A stretch of 64,000 nucleotides of DNA from Phoronis australis. Its lineage: Eukaryota > Animalia > Phoronida. Position 1 is the first letter of the stretch. Each line of letters starts with the position of its first letter. Below, piece by piece: positions 27,566 to 39,106 of the stretch. The DNA lies in NCBI GenBank assembly GCA_002633005.1, contig NMRA01000140.1, positions 645,917-709,916 on the forward strand, in the 5' to 3' direction. Made by a program: the position numbers and the translations under genes. The notes beneath the pieces are model-generated. The model saw nothing but the letters and a program-made list of their open reading frames with translations. It had not been told where the DNA came from and did not search any database.

Positions 27566-30445
27566 GATATGCCCTGTTGTTGAGAATATGGATGTCTGTT
27601 AAAGACGGGTTCTTTTCAAGGTCGGTCCCAAGATCATTACTTATACTGTTTGGTAGCCTTCGATGCAAAAAATAAGTATTTAAATTATGTTACAGTCGCA
27701 AGATGTTACTATCAGTCCATGCACGCACCCTGCCTAAAATATAGAGGGCTCGAATTTTTCGAAATTCGAACCTTTTACTAAGAGAAATCAACGAGGACTA
27801 AAAAAAAACGGGACCACTAGGTTCAGGCCCACGAACCGTGCATCCGTGCCGACTTCCTGTGGATTTTGTGGATTTTGTCTCGTTTACTCTGACTTTTTGT
27901 TTCACTGAGGCGGACCTTTTTGCCCAATTCTCCAAATTGGGGTGCTCGTTCGAGCCCCCGAACCCTCCGCCCCCCCGGGTGCGCCCATGACTATCATCAT
28001 AGAACCGTACACCTGAAATGCCAACTTCGATCTTGCTCTGCTGAGGTTGCGCCGCACATGTGTGGGATTTGTTTACATTCATTGAATCTTGCTATGGAAA
28101 ATATGGTTAGGAGTGGAATGTTTATTTAGTAGAAACAAAGTAATTTTAGAATTGCCATTACCAACAACGTCTTCCAAACACATTATATCTATATTTTTGA
28201 AATATTTTGCGGTCTTATGGCCCCAAACATTGTAAAAAGGCAAAATTTCCTTGCGATTTCGCGATTCGGGAGGCCGACCGCGGGAGCTACCAAATCTTGC
28301 TACGAAAGCTTACAAAATCTTTAAAATATATCTGCATGATGAAGCACCACTGGAGCTCTGATACGATTTCCAAATCACGTACTTAGAACAAATGATAACA
28401 AATATAAATTTTAAGACTAGGTTAAAGCGATTAGTGTCACCTTCTTCACTGTCAAAATACGTTTCGTATTTCCGCCATTTTTCAGATAAGTTGCAAAAGA
28501 GCCGTATCATTAGAGCGCACTCTATGAGTTCTTGATGGTGTATACTTACACCAGAAACAAAAGACAAATAATCAACTTCATAAATACATGTAATTATCAT
28601 TTCGCATACTCGACAGGTTTAAAAAACATTTCAATTATGAAAGCCGAGAGTGTTACCAAAAATTCGAAACATATAGTGTGGTAATGAAACATTTCAAGTA
28701 CTAATTGGTTGATTCACTACCTAATAATTGAACTTACGTGTTAATTAGACCGTTGATGTCGTTTGATACAGTTACATTCTTCAGTATAATTCAGGACGTC
28801 GTGACATTAACAAAAATGTAATACTTCAACTACTCATGCGAAATACCTCTACTGAGTACATTCGAAATATACTGTTGATGGCTCATTACATTGGTTGCAG
28901 TGTAGGACTTTCCACAGAAGTTTAGATGAAATAAACTCTTTTCTTCAGAAAGTAAAAATTAGTAATTCCGATACAAGTAGTGTGTGTTACCGTAAACAAT
29001 TGACATTCAATACACGAGTACGTATTTCGAGCGTTCCTAAGGACCTAATCTTTTCGTTTATATTTGCAAAACAAACACTAAGAAGGCCAGACGCCACTTC
29101 GTTCCGTAAAGTAATGTAACATGATTGTGACACCCAAAAATGTTTTGTTCAAAAATTCCTGACATGTAGTTTGGTAGGTTGTCGAAAGTGGTTCTAAGAC
29201 CGGAGATGAAAAGATACCAGAGGCTACACTATATCCGGTGTCCGGCCAGGACCACAGGTCTGTACATAAAAAGGATGACCTGAGTATAATTGTCGGGTTT
29301 GTTGACTAATTTTGTGAGAAATCGCTGATTGTCAGGAACTGTACCTCAAGAGACTCAGTTGATGAAAAACTACACAACGCTCGATCAAAACTTAGTCGCG
29401 CAGACAACCGTAAATTGATTGTGCAAACTCTCGCGTGAAATCTCGGTTCGCCAGCTTTAACTATAGAATACATAGGTCGTGTTGGCATTCCATGTCCAGA
29501 TTGCTATCACCAATCAAACCGGCATCGAGTGACAAGCGAAGCAGAGATCCCAGCGATACAAACGATATTCACGAATAACGTGAAAGTTTCTGTGTCCAAG
29601 TAACTCACCAGCATTCACGCACTGACGTCATTAATGTATTATCAAACGCTGCTTTCGTCATTTGCACGAACATGTACACGTCATTTTAAGAAAAATATGC
29701 ATTTTAATGTCATGTCTCGAAAATATGAAATCGTGTATAAAACATATTTTGATTCCAGACATGTCAAGGGAAAAACAAACTCAGACTGACTAACAAGTCG
29801 CTCTACACTCTTTCTCAATGTCACTCCATGCAGAAACCTTGTCGAAGAGTATAAACTGTTTCCGGGTTCGCAAGGTATAAATCAACTTTTATGTTGATAA
29901 TACACTTCGTCTTATAACCGTTTAACTCGATAAATCCGATCGGACGAGATTCAACTATTTCCCATTGGAATTGTGGGACGAAAAGCAATGGTAAGGCCAA
30001 AAAGCATTGGATCTGGCCCTGGAAAATGAAGATGGTGGTGCCCTATTTTTAGTTGCTCACTTTAAAAGAAAAAGAAAATCCATGTGTGACAAGCAAAAAT
30101 GACGAGTCAATTTTTATCCGTCGGTTGGGAAATCGCGGCGTTTCAAACTTTGTTCACTCCCGTTTCTGCGCCTTTGAGCAGCTTTTCAAAAACGAAACAC
30201 AAAACCTTGAAATTGATGTGGTCTGACGCCATCTTAGTCGGTGAGCTCAGGTTGGGGATAGAGACCGGAGCCAACTACGCCTGTTTGGCCTATCAGATTG
30301 TTTCGCTAGAGTACCCGCTCCTGTTGGTGGGGGGGGGGGGGAGGGCGAGGCATATTCAAAGCTGAGCGTACCCGCTTTCTGTTAAAACGCTTTTGATTTT
30401 CTCCCTGATTATCTAAATCTCCTCACTCATTTTCCTAATAAGTAA

Positions 30446-30566
30446 GAGCAGAAGCGCTAGCAGCAGAAGCGGCAACGGCAACTGCAACGGCGGCAGCATC
30501 GGCAGCGGCAATGGTGGCGGCAGCAGCAGCAGCGGCAGCAGAAGGAGCGGCAAGAGGAGCAGCAAT
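30446..30566. repeat. Imperfect (GCA/GCG)n trinucleotide repeat in the GPCR intron; shorter counterpart at about 45119-45205
   Basis: Runs such as gcagcagcagcagcggcagcagaaggagcggca. Confidence 0.85.
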
Positions 30567-31584
30567 CTGTACCAATAGTACCACGAGCAAAACGTTTATT
30601 TTTAAAAAAATTGTTGCAAAAAAATACAATATGCAATAACTGGAATCAAACCCAGAAAGCGCAAGAAAGCGTTATACTTCTATGTGTTATGTTGGTAAGT
30701 TTGATATATGCTAAATATGCATGTTCTCTTTCCCGCTATGCCTCGTTATTGTCTTACCTTCGTTAACACTGTGACTTTTGAAGAACCGTAAACACTATAC
30801 TACTTAGGACATTATAATTGTGACTTCGATGGTCTTCGTTCGGAATATATTCCCGATAAAGAATCTTTGGTGTTCATTTGGTAGCCTGTATGCTGAAATA
30901 ATCTAAGGGTATCGTAGAAGTAAAATGCGCAATTACCGGGAATATCGCATAATAAGCCCCTAGGCTTCTATTTGTAAAATGCCCCCGAGCCTATGAGTAG
31001 TTGAGTTTGTGATACTAATAGTTTACGCAGTTTAGCCAAGTCGAAAGCGTGCCGATGTAAACTGTGTCCTGTTGTTGTTCTTATAGCCTTGTTTTTGTCG
31101 AAAACATGATAAAAACAAAAGGTCGGCATGATAGTGCTTTTGAAAATCCTCGGCAGTGCCCAAAGAAATTCTTTTGAATATTTTTTAAGTTAAGTTCTAG
31201 TTGTAAGTTATATCAAGAGATAGACGTTCGTCTGCTACCACTATAGGCCTACTCGAAGTTCGAATGTCTACGGAGTTATATCCCGATGCCAGCGATTCAA
31301 TAGTGCGGAACAAAAGCATAAGGAATGGTGAGCTTAAATAAACGGGCGGCGCAGCACTGAAAAAGGTGGCGCTATAGCCCCCCAGTGGTGCACCGCCAAT
31401 AGACCAGGGGTGGCACAGCACTGAAAAAAGTGGGGGCTATATCCCCCCAGCCCCATGTGGTGCTCTGCCCCCAAAGGCAGTCAATATAGTTTATCAAATG
31501 CATTTCGAAAAATTATTTGGACAATTCTACGTTGTATGTTCATATTTTCAGGAAAAGTTCATGACATTTGGCTATGTGTTGCAG

Positions 31585-32297
31585 GTATTTGGCTACTTTC
31601 GCTCCTGCTGTCGTCGCCTCCTTTATTTGGATGGTCGAAGTATGCTTTTATAAGTAATCAACACTTATGTTTCTGCAAATGGGAGCTAAGTGAATCCTAC
31701 ACTGTTTTTATGGTGGTTGTGTGCTTCGGTGGCCCGTGTTCTGTGATGTGCTTCAGCTATGTTTCAATTATACGAGAAGTCAAAAGAAGCAATCTAAGAG
31801 TACATGCGCACGAACGACCAGCGGAAGTGGAACAAACGACAACGCACACGAACAAGTCATCATCAACCAGTAGTGACCCTTCGACTGGTACAAAACGTCC
31901 GTCGATGCGTTTAAAGCCAAAAAATGACAACCAGAAAAAACTTTGCACAACGTCTGTTGAACCTCAGAACGTTCTAGCTGTTTCGACGAATGAAAAGCAC
32001 ATTGCGACGCAGAAACGACTTCGAAAAATGAAGCGCGACAAAAAACAAAACGAAGAAGTTAAGCTGTCAGCAACGTTATTTCTGGTGATTGCTATATTCA
32101 TAACTTCATGGTTGCCGTACAGTGTTGGCATGTTTCTACACGTATTCGGTAAAATGGAACTGCCGCATTCACTTTCAATGGTTATACTGTTGCTAGGTTA
32201 CACAAACAGTTGTCATAACCCGTTTATTTACGGCCTGAGCAACAAACAATTCACAAACGCTTTTCGAAAGTTACTGTGTCGGTCGCGATGCTGTTAA
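31585..32297 (+). CDS. Melatonin-receptor-like GPCR, coding exon 2 copy A (TM4-TM7, helix 8)
   Basis: Acceptor tgttgcag|gt at 31584/31585 joins in phase to give YVIFAG-IWLLSLLLSSPPLFGW, with 27 residues from R3.50 to W4.50 as in class A receptors. ECL2 Cys, TM6 FITSWLPY, TM7 NSCHNPFIY, FxxAFRKLLC helix 8, TAA at 32295-32297. Confidence 0.92.
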
Positions 32298-33354
32298 TGT
32301 TACATGTATAGGCTACAGTATACTAACACGTTAGCCAGTTAAGCAAACAGTCGTAATTTTTAGGAGCGAGTTTGACTACTGGTGTATTATTTGTGAATCT
32401 TTTGAAAAAACCTGGAAGGCACGTGATCTGACCCCTAAACACGGCTGCCGTCTTGAATTACAATAAGGCCGCCACAAGGGTGTGAGTGCTGTGTTGCAGT
32501 CTGTGACGTATGGTGGATCATGACAGAAGAGTAATTGTCTGCAACCAGATTGGAATCGAAGGTGGCTGTCAAAAATGGACTACTTTTGCAAATGAATGAA
32601 CATAATCTGCATTTGATTATCCATGCTCTGGTTTAGTATGAATACGACTGAGGCGAAAACATGAGACATATTTTGTTAACTTGCTTATGGAATTCTTTAA
32701 CGTCTTTCAAAATTGAGAAATCACACAATAGACTGAAACGAGCAAACGTGCTTATCATTTATGGTTTAACTTAGGAAGCCCTTTAAAATGCCTTTGAAAC
32801 ATCACTCCTTGTCCATTATGGGAAGTCCGGTGAAAACGTTGGGCCATAAATGAAATGAATTAAAAATTTTTGAGGACCATGATGTACTATCACTTGGCTA
32901 AGCATGTATCGTGTATATTACCATGTTCTCGATAAATTAACTCAATAATAATGATAATGATAATGGTTAGCCAAATTCATGTCGTGTCAGCCCGGAGTGT
33001 ATTTCTATAGAAGAGGTATACAAGAAGTATCACCAAAAGGGTGTTTTTCGCAGCAAAAAATAATCTCCAAAATGGTGCCATTTTGGATCTAAAGTGGTGA
33101 CTTTTTTGAACAGAACTGCGCGAAAATGTAAAATTTTACACAAAATTACTCTCTAAATGGTTCACTTTTTGTCCGAATCCATGGGTAGATATCCAAATTT
33201 TTGGGCGGCACCACTCGTCCAAAAATTCAGATACCACTTGTTCGGGATTTTGATCATTTGCTTTGTGATATAACTTTGGTTTCGTAAAATGTAACAACTT
33301 GTTACATTTTAGGAGAGGCTTAGAAACATAAAATGTGACAGTTGTTGAACTTTA

Positions 33355-33355
33355 N
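33355..33355. other. Single ambiguous base N, probable assembly gap/contig join
   Basis: tttaNattaa. Similarity to copy B stops about 50 bp before it and resumes immediately after it, about 2.1 kb further along copy B. Confidence 0.85.
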
Positions 33356-35314
33356 ATTAAAAATCGGCTCATTTCCCTTCTCCACTGAAACGACTCGTAC
33401 ATGAATCACATAGCACAAGTTTCAACTTAAAGTTTTCTAAGGAGTGGTCCCGAGAAGTTACCATACTTAGACATTTTCAAACTCTTGCGGTTGAATCAGA
33501 AATAGGGCATTTTAAAAAATGTTTGCCAAAGTGTTTCGCATTGACGTTTTGTGGGAAACGAAAATCGTTGCACGCGCATTCCAGAAAATCGGATGATGTA
33601 TCTGACACTAATGTGACGCGATTCGGACACAGCAACGGCAATAGAATTGCACAGTCAAATCCCATTTTCAAAAATTGTGGGGATCTTGGATTTTTTGCCG
33701 ATTTAGGTAATCAAGGGGCCAATTTAACGCTTTTTTCTTTTTTACAAAATTGCGTGTTTGAAGAAATTAGTTTTCGTCAACAACGATAGCACAAATTGCA
33801 TACTCCCGGAAAGATTTGAATATTGACCAGAGGCTTAGTAGTCTAATTATTATTTTTAATTTTCACATTTTAATTTTATTTGAGTGGGACCAAAACGTCA
33901 AAATGACGCCATACTAAACAAAGGAATAGAATTCAGAAGGTGTCACTCAGGCCATCGTCTACTCGGTTAACTGGAAGTTTATTTTGGACGCCTGCTACCT
34001 TACTCGCATCCATGGTAAACAGCAGAATTGAGTTACATAAAAGTCAAAATGTGACCCAGCACGACACAATGAGTCTTAAGTAGGATTTGTCATTTTTGTG
34101 ATTGTTATTTTTTCTGGAAATACAGTATTTTCTGATCATTTTGATGTATGAAACATGTCCCTACCTTAAGAAATGGCCGAGATATTGCCATTTCTAGTCC
34201 GGAAAAGTAAAAATTTTGAGTTTTCAAAAGCTTAAGAAAATGACCGAGAAAAAGTGATATTTGTGTCTTTAAAATTTCCATAGCAACCTGCAAATGAATG
34301 CTACATTTGAGACTGATTACTGTACAAAATTACATAAGAAATAACATCAGTCGAAAATTAGCAAAAAATATTGACTGTATTACGTAATTGCGGCCATTTT
34401 CCAAGATGGCCGCCAATCGATGAAAATACATTGAAGATGGCCACCATATACATTTATATGACAGGTATTCGTGAAAAGAAAAAGAAAAAGAAAGATTTTA
34501 AAAAAGATGAAACTAATCACACCACAGCATCATTTAGTTGAGAAATATAATTTTTCTCTTTTAATATTTGTTGCCATGGCAACTATCAATTCAAAATGGC
34601 CGCCGTTAAACGTAATGACTATACAAATGGAATTTAAATGATTGCCAGTTACTACAATAAATCATAGGAATGTTCTTCACACCAAAACAAGGAACCAATG
34701 AAGGCCTAAAGTACAATTACACGTTGTCATGGTGACTAATTCAAAATGGCTGCCACTTAAGTTTAATGGCCATTCGAAAGAGGGTTTCTGAGTTTAATGA
34801 CCATTCGAAAGAGGGTTTTTGGGGGGGATTTGTAAGCGACTTTTTGACCTGCAAACGAAAAAAGCACCAAACGTATGGCATGAGAACAATATTAAACATG
34901 TATTTGCAAGCTCCTGAATATGCTTATGTACATCAACAATTAAACGACAATGTTATTTGAACATCATCCGCGCTATACAGAGTATAGTTGTATTCATTGA
35001 CAACTTGTGAAAACAAAAAAGTCTGCATATAAGTGGGTAATGAGTAATCTCAAAATTCTTGGTAGGGCCCTACTAATAGATTGATAAGAAACTGTAGTTC
35101 AACTAATTGCAGTGCTCCCTGTTTCTTTTTCTCTTACTCTTATACATAATGGCAATAAGAGGCGCTAAAACATGTTAGTGCAAAGAAAAATGGGGACTTC
35201 ATGCACAGGAAAATGATAATATTATTTAAGACATCAGCGTTAGGTTCCAAGGAAATTCAAATATTTCAAGCTACATTATGGACAAGTAGACCAAGCACAA
35301 AACTTGAGTAGAAA

Positions 35315-35970
35315 GTTCACAACTTAAAGAGCCTATATGACTATACCCTGCAATTGCTGCATACCCTGTTAGCACGGAGATAAGTATATGACATCAGCAA
35401 AAGGCTCACAACTTAAAGAGACAGAGAACACGTATTTGGACTAATTCATAAACTTTTCCCACTAATCGCTGCACAACCTGCAGGCAAGTCAGTGACTCTC
35501 TTGTCTTTCTTTCTCACAATGCCAGTACTACTTCAGATGGCGCTGCAATTGGAAGGATTAGTTTAATTAGTTGAATAGATCAGATTAGTTGGATTGAACT
35601 AAAATCAACTAATTAAACTATTCGAACTAATAGATAGGCCATCTACGGACAGGTAGATAACGTACATGACGTCATCAACAGGCTCACAATTTTAGAGACA
35701 TCAATCACGCATTTCAACTAATTCAAGTATTCCAATTAATCGCTGCGCCACCTGTGGGGACAAGCTGATAACAAACTTGACATCAGTAATAGGCGCCTAT
35801 GGTGATGGCAGGATAAGTTGAGATAAGTTGGGATTAGTTGAGTACAACTAACCAACCATTCTGACATGTATGGAGACACGCATTTCAACTAATTCAACTA
35901 TTCCCACCAATCGTAAAGCCTCCTGCAGGGGATAAGTTGAGATAAGTTGGGTACAACTAAACATTCTGAC
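35315..35970. repeat. Internal degenerate tandem repeats in the Sola1 element, downstream of the transposase
   Basis: Recurrent blocks tcacaacttaaagag, cacgcatttcaactaattcaa and ggataagttgagataagttggg. Confidence 0.7.
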
Positions 35971-36265
35971 ACAATATGCATGCTCATAATTATAGCCATA
36001 TCATGCACTGTTATTCCCCAACACCACGTCATGATACCTACCGAACACGGTTCGGTGATTTAAGGCAGATCATTTTCGACACAAAACTCATTCTTAAAAA
36101 CATTTAGCAATTTTCAACTTACTTCATATTTACATTGTCGGTATATGCTGTGTGTCTAAATAATTTGATAAAGCAATAATCACAGAGGTACGGAATGAGC
36201 GTTCCACTTCAAATAAGATCCACTATCTAAACAATGGCATAACACAAGTCCCACAAATCAAACTT

Positions 36266-36485
36266 TCACTGTGGAGCTGGGCACACGACATCTCTCTTGT
36301 CCGCCCTAACGAACTCTCTGATGTAGTTGTACAAGTACTGTTGTCGTTGCCTGTTAAGTCCAGGAGATGGGACAACAGGTGGCATTCCACTTAATACCAC
36401 ACCAGGGACAGCCAAGTCAAAGGAAGATTCCTCATCATCTAACTTTTCACGGTAAAACATGACACCTGGGTTGTCAGCAGTAAAC
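36266..36485 (-). CDS. Sola1-like transposase, last exon
   Basis: Acceptor cttttaag|g at 36486/36485 (phase 2). Reads RFTADNPGVMFY...GLNRQRQQYLYNYIREFVRADKRDVVCPAPQ*. Confidence 0.8.
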
Positions 36486-36682
36486 CTTAAAAGGGCAAAA
36501 TACACTGAAGAAGTTTTGACATGCCACTGACACATTAAATGCCTCATCACTTTAAGAAACTGAAACAAAACAAGTATTAGGCTTTATCACCTTTCTGTAC
36601 AAGTTATAAATGAGATAAATGAGAGCATACACTTGGTAGTGTCAATACTATCTGAAAGTACTTAACAAAAATCTTTACTGAC

Positions 36683-36954
36683 CTAAAATGACCCAAAGGC
36701 TTAATGCCAGGCATCATTCTGAAAGCTTGGCAGAAAAAGTCTTGCCAGTTGTATGTTGGCACAATGGTATCTCCATCTTCTCTGCCCACCAACTGCAAAA
36801 GGTTAAGATGAGACACTGGTGTGCTGTCCCTCACGGCATCCGCAATGTCATCAAGACAGGACACATGGCACCGGCGATACCTGCGCTTGAGTAAGCCAAA
36901 ACACCAGTCTGGTGCGAATTTGGTGTGACCAGGTGGCATGAAGTTGAGGGTGAC
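36683..36954 (-). CDS. Sola1-like transposase exon with third catalytic Asp
   Basis: ttttag|GTC acceptor and AG|gtcagt donor. Reads VTLNFMPPGHTKFAPDWCFGLLKRRYR...GHF. Confidence 0.85.
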
Positions 36955-37265
36955 CTAAAAGTGAAGATTAATAATAATAAACAACTAGTCTGGAAAATAA
37001 CAAAAGTAGTAAGCCAATTAAGTTCAATCCAAATGATATCTTATGGCTGAAAACTATGACCATTAACACAGTGCACATTAATTTTGTGGCCGAATTCATA
37101 TGATTATAACAAACAGAAACAAAACGAAAAAAGCAAAGACAATCAGTTTAATGAGATTTATATGAATTGCCAAAAACACTTAAAAAGCTAGAGTTTTTGG
37201 GGGTTCTTGAGATTCTAACGTAATATTATGTATGTCAGTGACCTAAATTGTTTCAATGATCATAC

Positions 37266-37466
37266 CTGTGTGTGAAGACCATTTTGAACTCTCCAGGCAA
37301 AATAAAACAGAACCCACTTGTTTTTGTTCTGGCCAGAGCAGTTGTCGCAATGCAAGTGAAGGGTCTGCTCACCAAGACCATAGTTCTCAAAGAAGTAATG
37401 TAGATAGCTAACGACCACAATGCTGCCCTTGCTACCAGAGTGAGCCTCGTCAATCAGAAAGTTGAC
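37266..37466 (-). CDS. Sola1-like transposase exon with second catalytic Asp
   Basis: tttcag|GTC acceptor and CAG|gtatga donor. Reads VNFLIDE...LHLHCDNCSGQNKNKW. Confidence 0.85.
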
Positions 37467-37569
37467 CTGAAATGATAATAACAATGCACATGAGGACTGC
37501 AATGCTATATGACATGCACAAACAAGTTGTTGGTATATTGTGGTAAATTTTACTTTAATTTATTCTTAC

Positions 37570-37962
37570 TTGTTGTGAAACACCCTCACAACGAACTCCA
37601 AATATACCACACTTTCGAGGGGTTAGGAAATAGAGTGGTCCAGGTTGTGCCGCATTGTTTGGATAGTGGATTTGCTGGGCAAAATCAAAGCTGTAATGCA
37701 TCTCAATAGGCTCAGTATTGGCCGCTGTTTGCCTTAAGGTGGTGCATCCTATGGTTGTGGCAGCAGTTTTGGCATCTTTGCATAGCTGTCGGTAGTAGTT
37801 GCGCTCAGCATCAACTGTGGCCAAGTGATCTTGTTGCTGTTGAAGCAGATGTGTCTTCACGGCATTACTCAAGTTGGCACTTCTAAATATAAATGTGTTG
37901 TTCTTCTGGCAACGCCAACAAAGGTCAGTCATAGGCTTTGCTACAACAATATACGGACATAC
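37570..37962 (-). CDS. Sola1-like transposase exon (5' end apparently truncated) with first catalytic Asp
   Basis: Reads VCPYIVVAKPMTDLCWRCQ...MHYSFDFAQQIHYP...GPLYFLTPRKCGIFGV. Donor CAA|gtaaga at 37570/37569. An in-frame stop lies just upstream and there is no clean in-phase acceptor for the whole segment. Confidence 0.75.
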
Positions 37963-38123
37963 AAGTTACAGTGAATAGGCACTATGCTAAAATACAAAAT
38001 GGTGGTAGGCTGCAGCTACGCCCCACTATAGCACTACTTATACCTTTTTCAATCCTATGCTTGTAAATAAATTCACCTGACATTGAAAAATAGGAAGATC
38101 AATTTAAGAAATCAAATACATAC

Positions 38124-38289
38124 CCAAGGAGAAAAAGAAATGCATCCTTGCAGACTGGTCTGTTCAGCAAAAAGTAGCTGGAGCGCGGTCGTAGGCGGTC
38201 TGTCTGCTGCTTCCTACGTGAGTTTGCTGTTTTGGGCCCGTTTCTCATACAGCAGCTTAAGATACCCAAAATCATCAAATCTTTTGCAT
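38124..38289 (-). CDS. Sola1-like transposase exon 2 (not in the ORF track)
   Basis: cttttaag|AT acceptor in phase with exon 1. Reads DAKDLMILGILSCCMRNGPKTANSRRKQQTDRLRPRSSYFLLNRPVCKDAFLFLLG. Donor GG|gtatgt. Confidence 0.75.
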
Positions 38290-38691
38290 CTTAAAAGAAG
38301 AAATTAATGTGTTTCATTAAAATTGTTTCGACCAAATTGGCTAATATAGTTTCGTGTAACTAACTGTTACTATGGCATGATCGAAGGTCTCAAAAATAAT
38401 TTCATTTCCATGGAAGAGGCCCCAGGAAAGGAATAGAGCCTAATATTCATGAAAACTGCAAGTAACCAACTGGGTTAATCCATTTCTCAGCTGATGTACA
38501 CAGGATTAGTCCACTTTCGGAAAGAGGGGTTACCGAAAGTACAACAAGGTGGTTAAGAAGTAATTTGGCAAAATTAATTAAAATAAAATCCTGTTAGTTA
38601 CGAAATAACCATTCAAGGCTGACCCCTGTTCACAAGAATTCGAAATTTTACGTTTGTATCAATTCTTTTCAAAAAAATAACAATGACTCAC

Positions 38692-39106
38692 CCCTATCCA
38701 TATCTTTCAACGAGAGCTGCAGAGCCACTATTTCCTCTACATCAAACTGAGTGATGCACCCTTGTCGACCGTCGTCTTTTGTTAAAACTTTTATTTGGCG
38801 GCACCTAGCTCCGTTTGCTTTACAAGGACGAGTCGTGGCGATGCGAGCAAGCTCGTCAGGTTCGTGGTCTTCAAGCTCTTGTATCAACGCTCCTCCTGGG
38901 ACGTTCACGAGGGGTTGATCAGACTGATCGCCAAAGCCGTCATCCGAGGAGTCGCTGTCGCAAGACAACGACTCGTCACTGTCGTCAACCTCACTCTCTT
39001 GTCCGTACACAAAATATTCTTCGACCAAATCATTTAGCTCGCGCTGATCTTGGTGCGGCAGGCCGCGGCAAGAGTTTAAGAGATCTGCCACTCGGCGATC
39101 AGCCAT
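38692..39106 (-). CDS. Sola1-like transposase exon 1 (acidic N-terminus, Cys-containing segment)
   Basis: ATG at 39106, open frame MADRRVADLL...SLKDMDR, phase-1 donor G|gtgagt at 38692/38691. Confidence 0.75.

Noticed and set aside
30435-30629. Poly-Ala ORF (and poly-Leu ORF 45073-45267)
   Set aside because: Translations of an intronic GCA/GCG microsatellite that differs in length between the duplicate copies.
31455-31584. N-terminal extensions of ORFs 31455-32297 and 45344-46144 as independent gene starts
   Set aside because: They run through intron/MITE sequence, differ in frame between copies upstream, and would yield only TM4-TM7.
26687-32297. GPCR as an opsin
   Set aside because: No Lys at the TM7 retinal-attachment position (LLGYTNSCHNPFIY). 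The NRF..ICH motif points to melatonin-receptor-like receptors.
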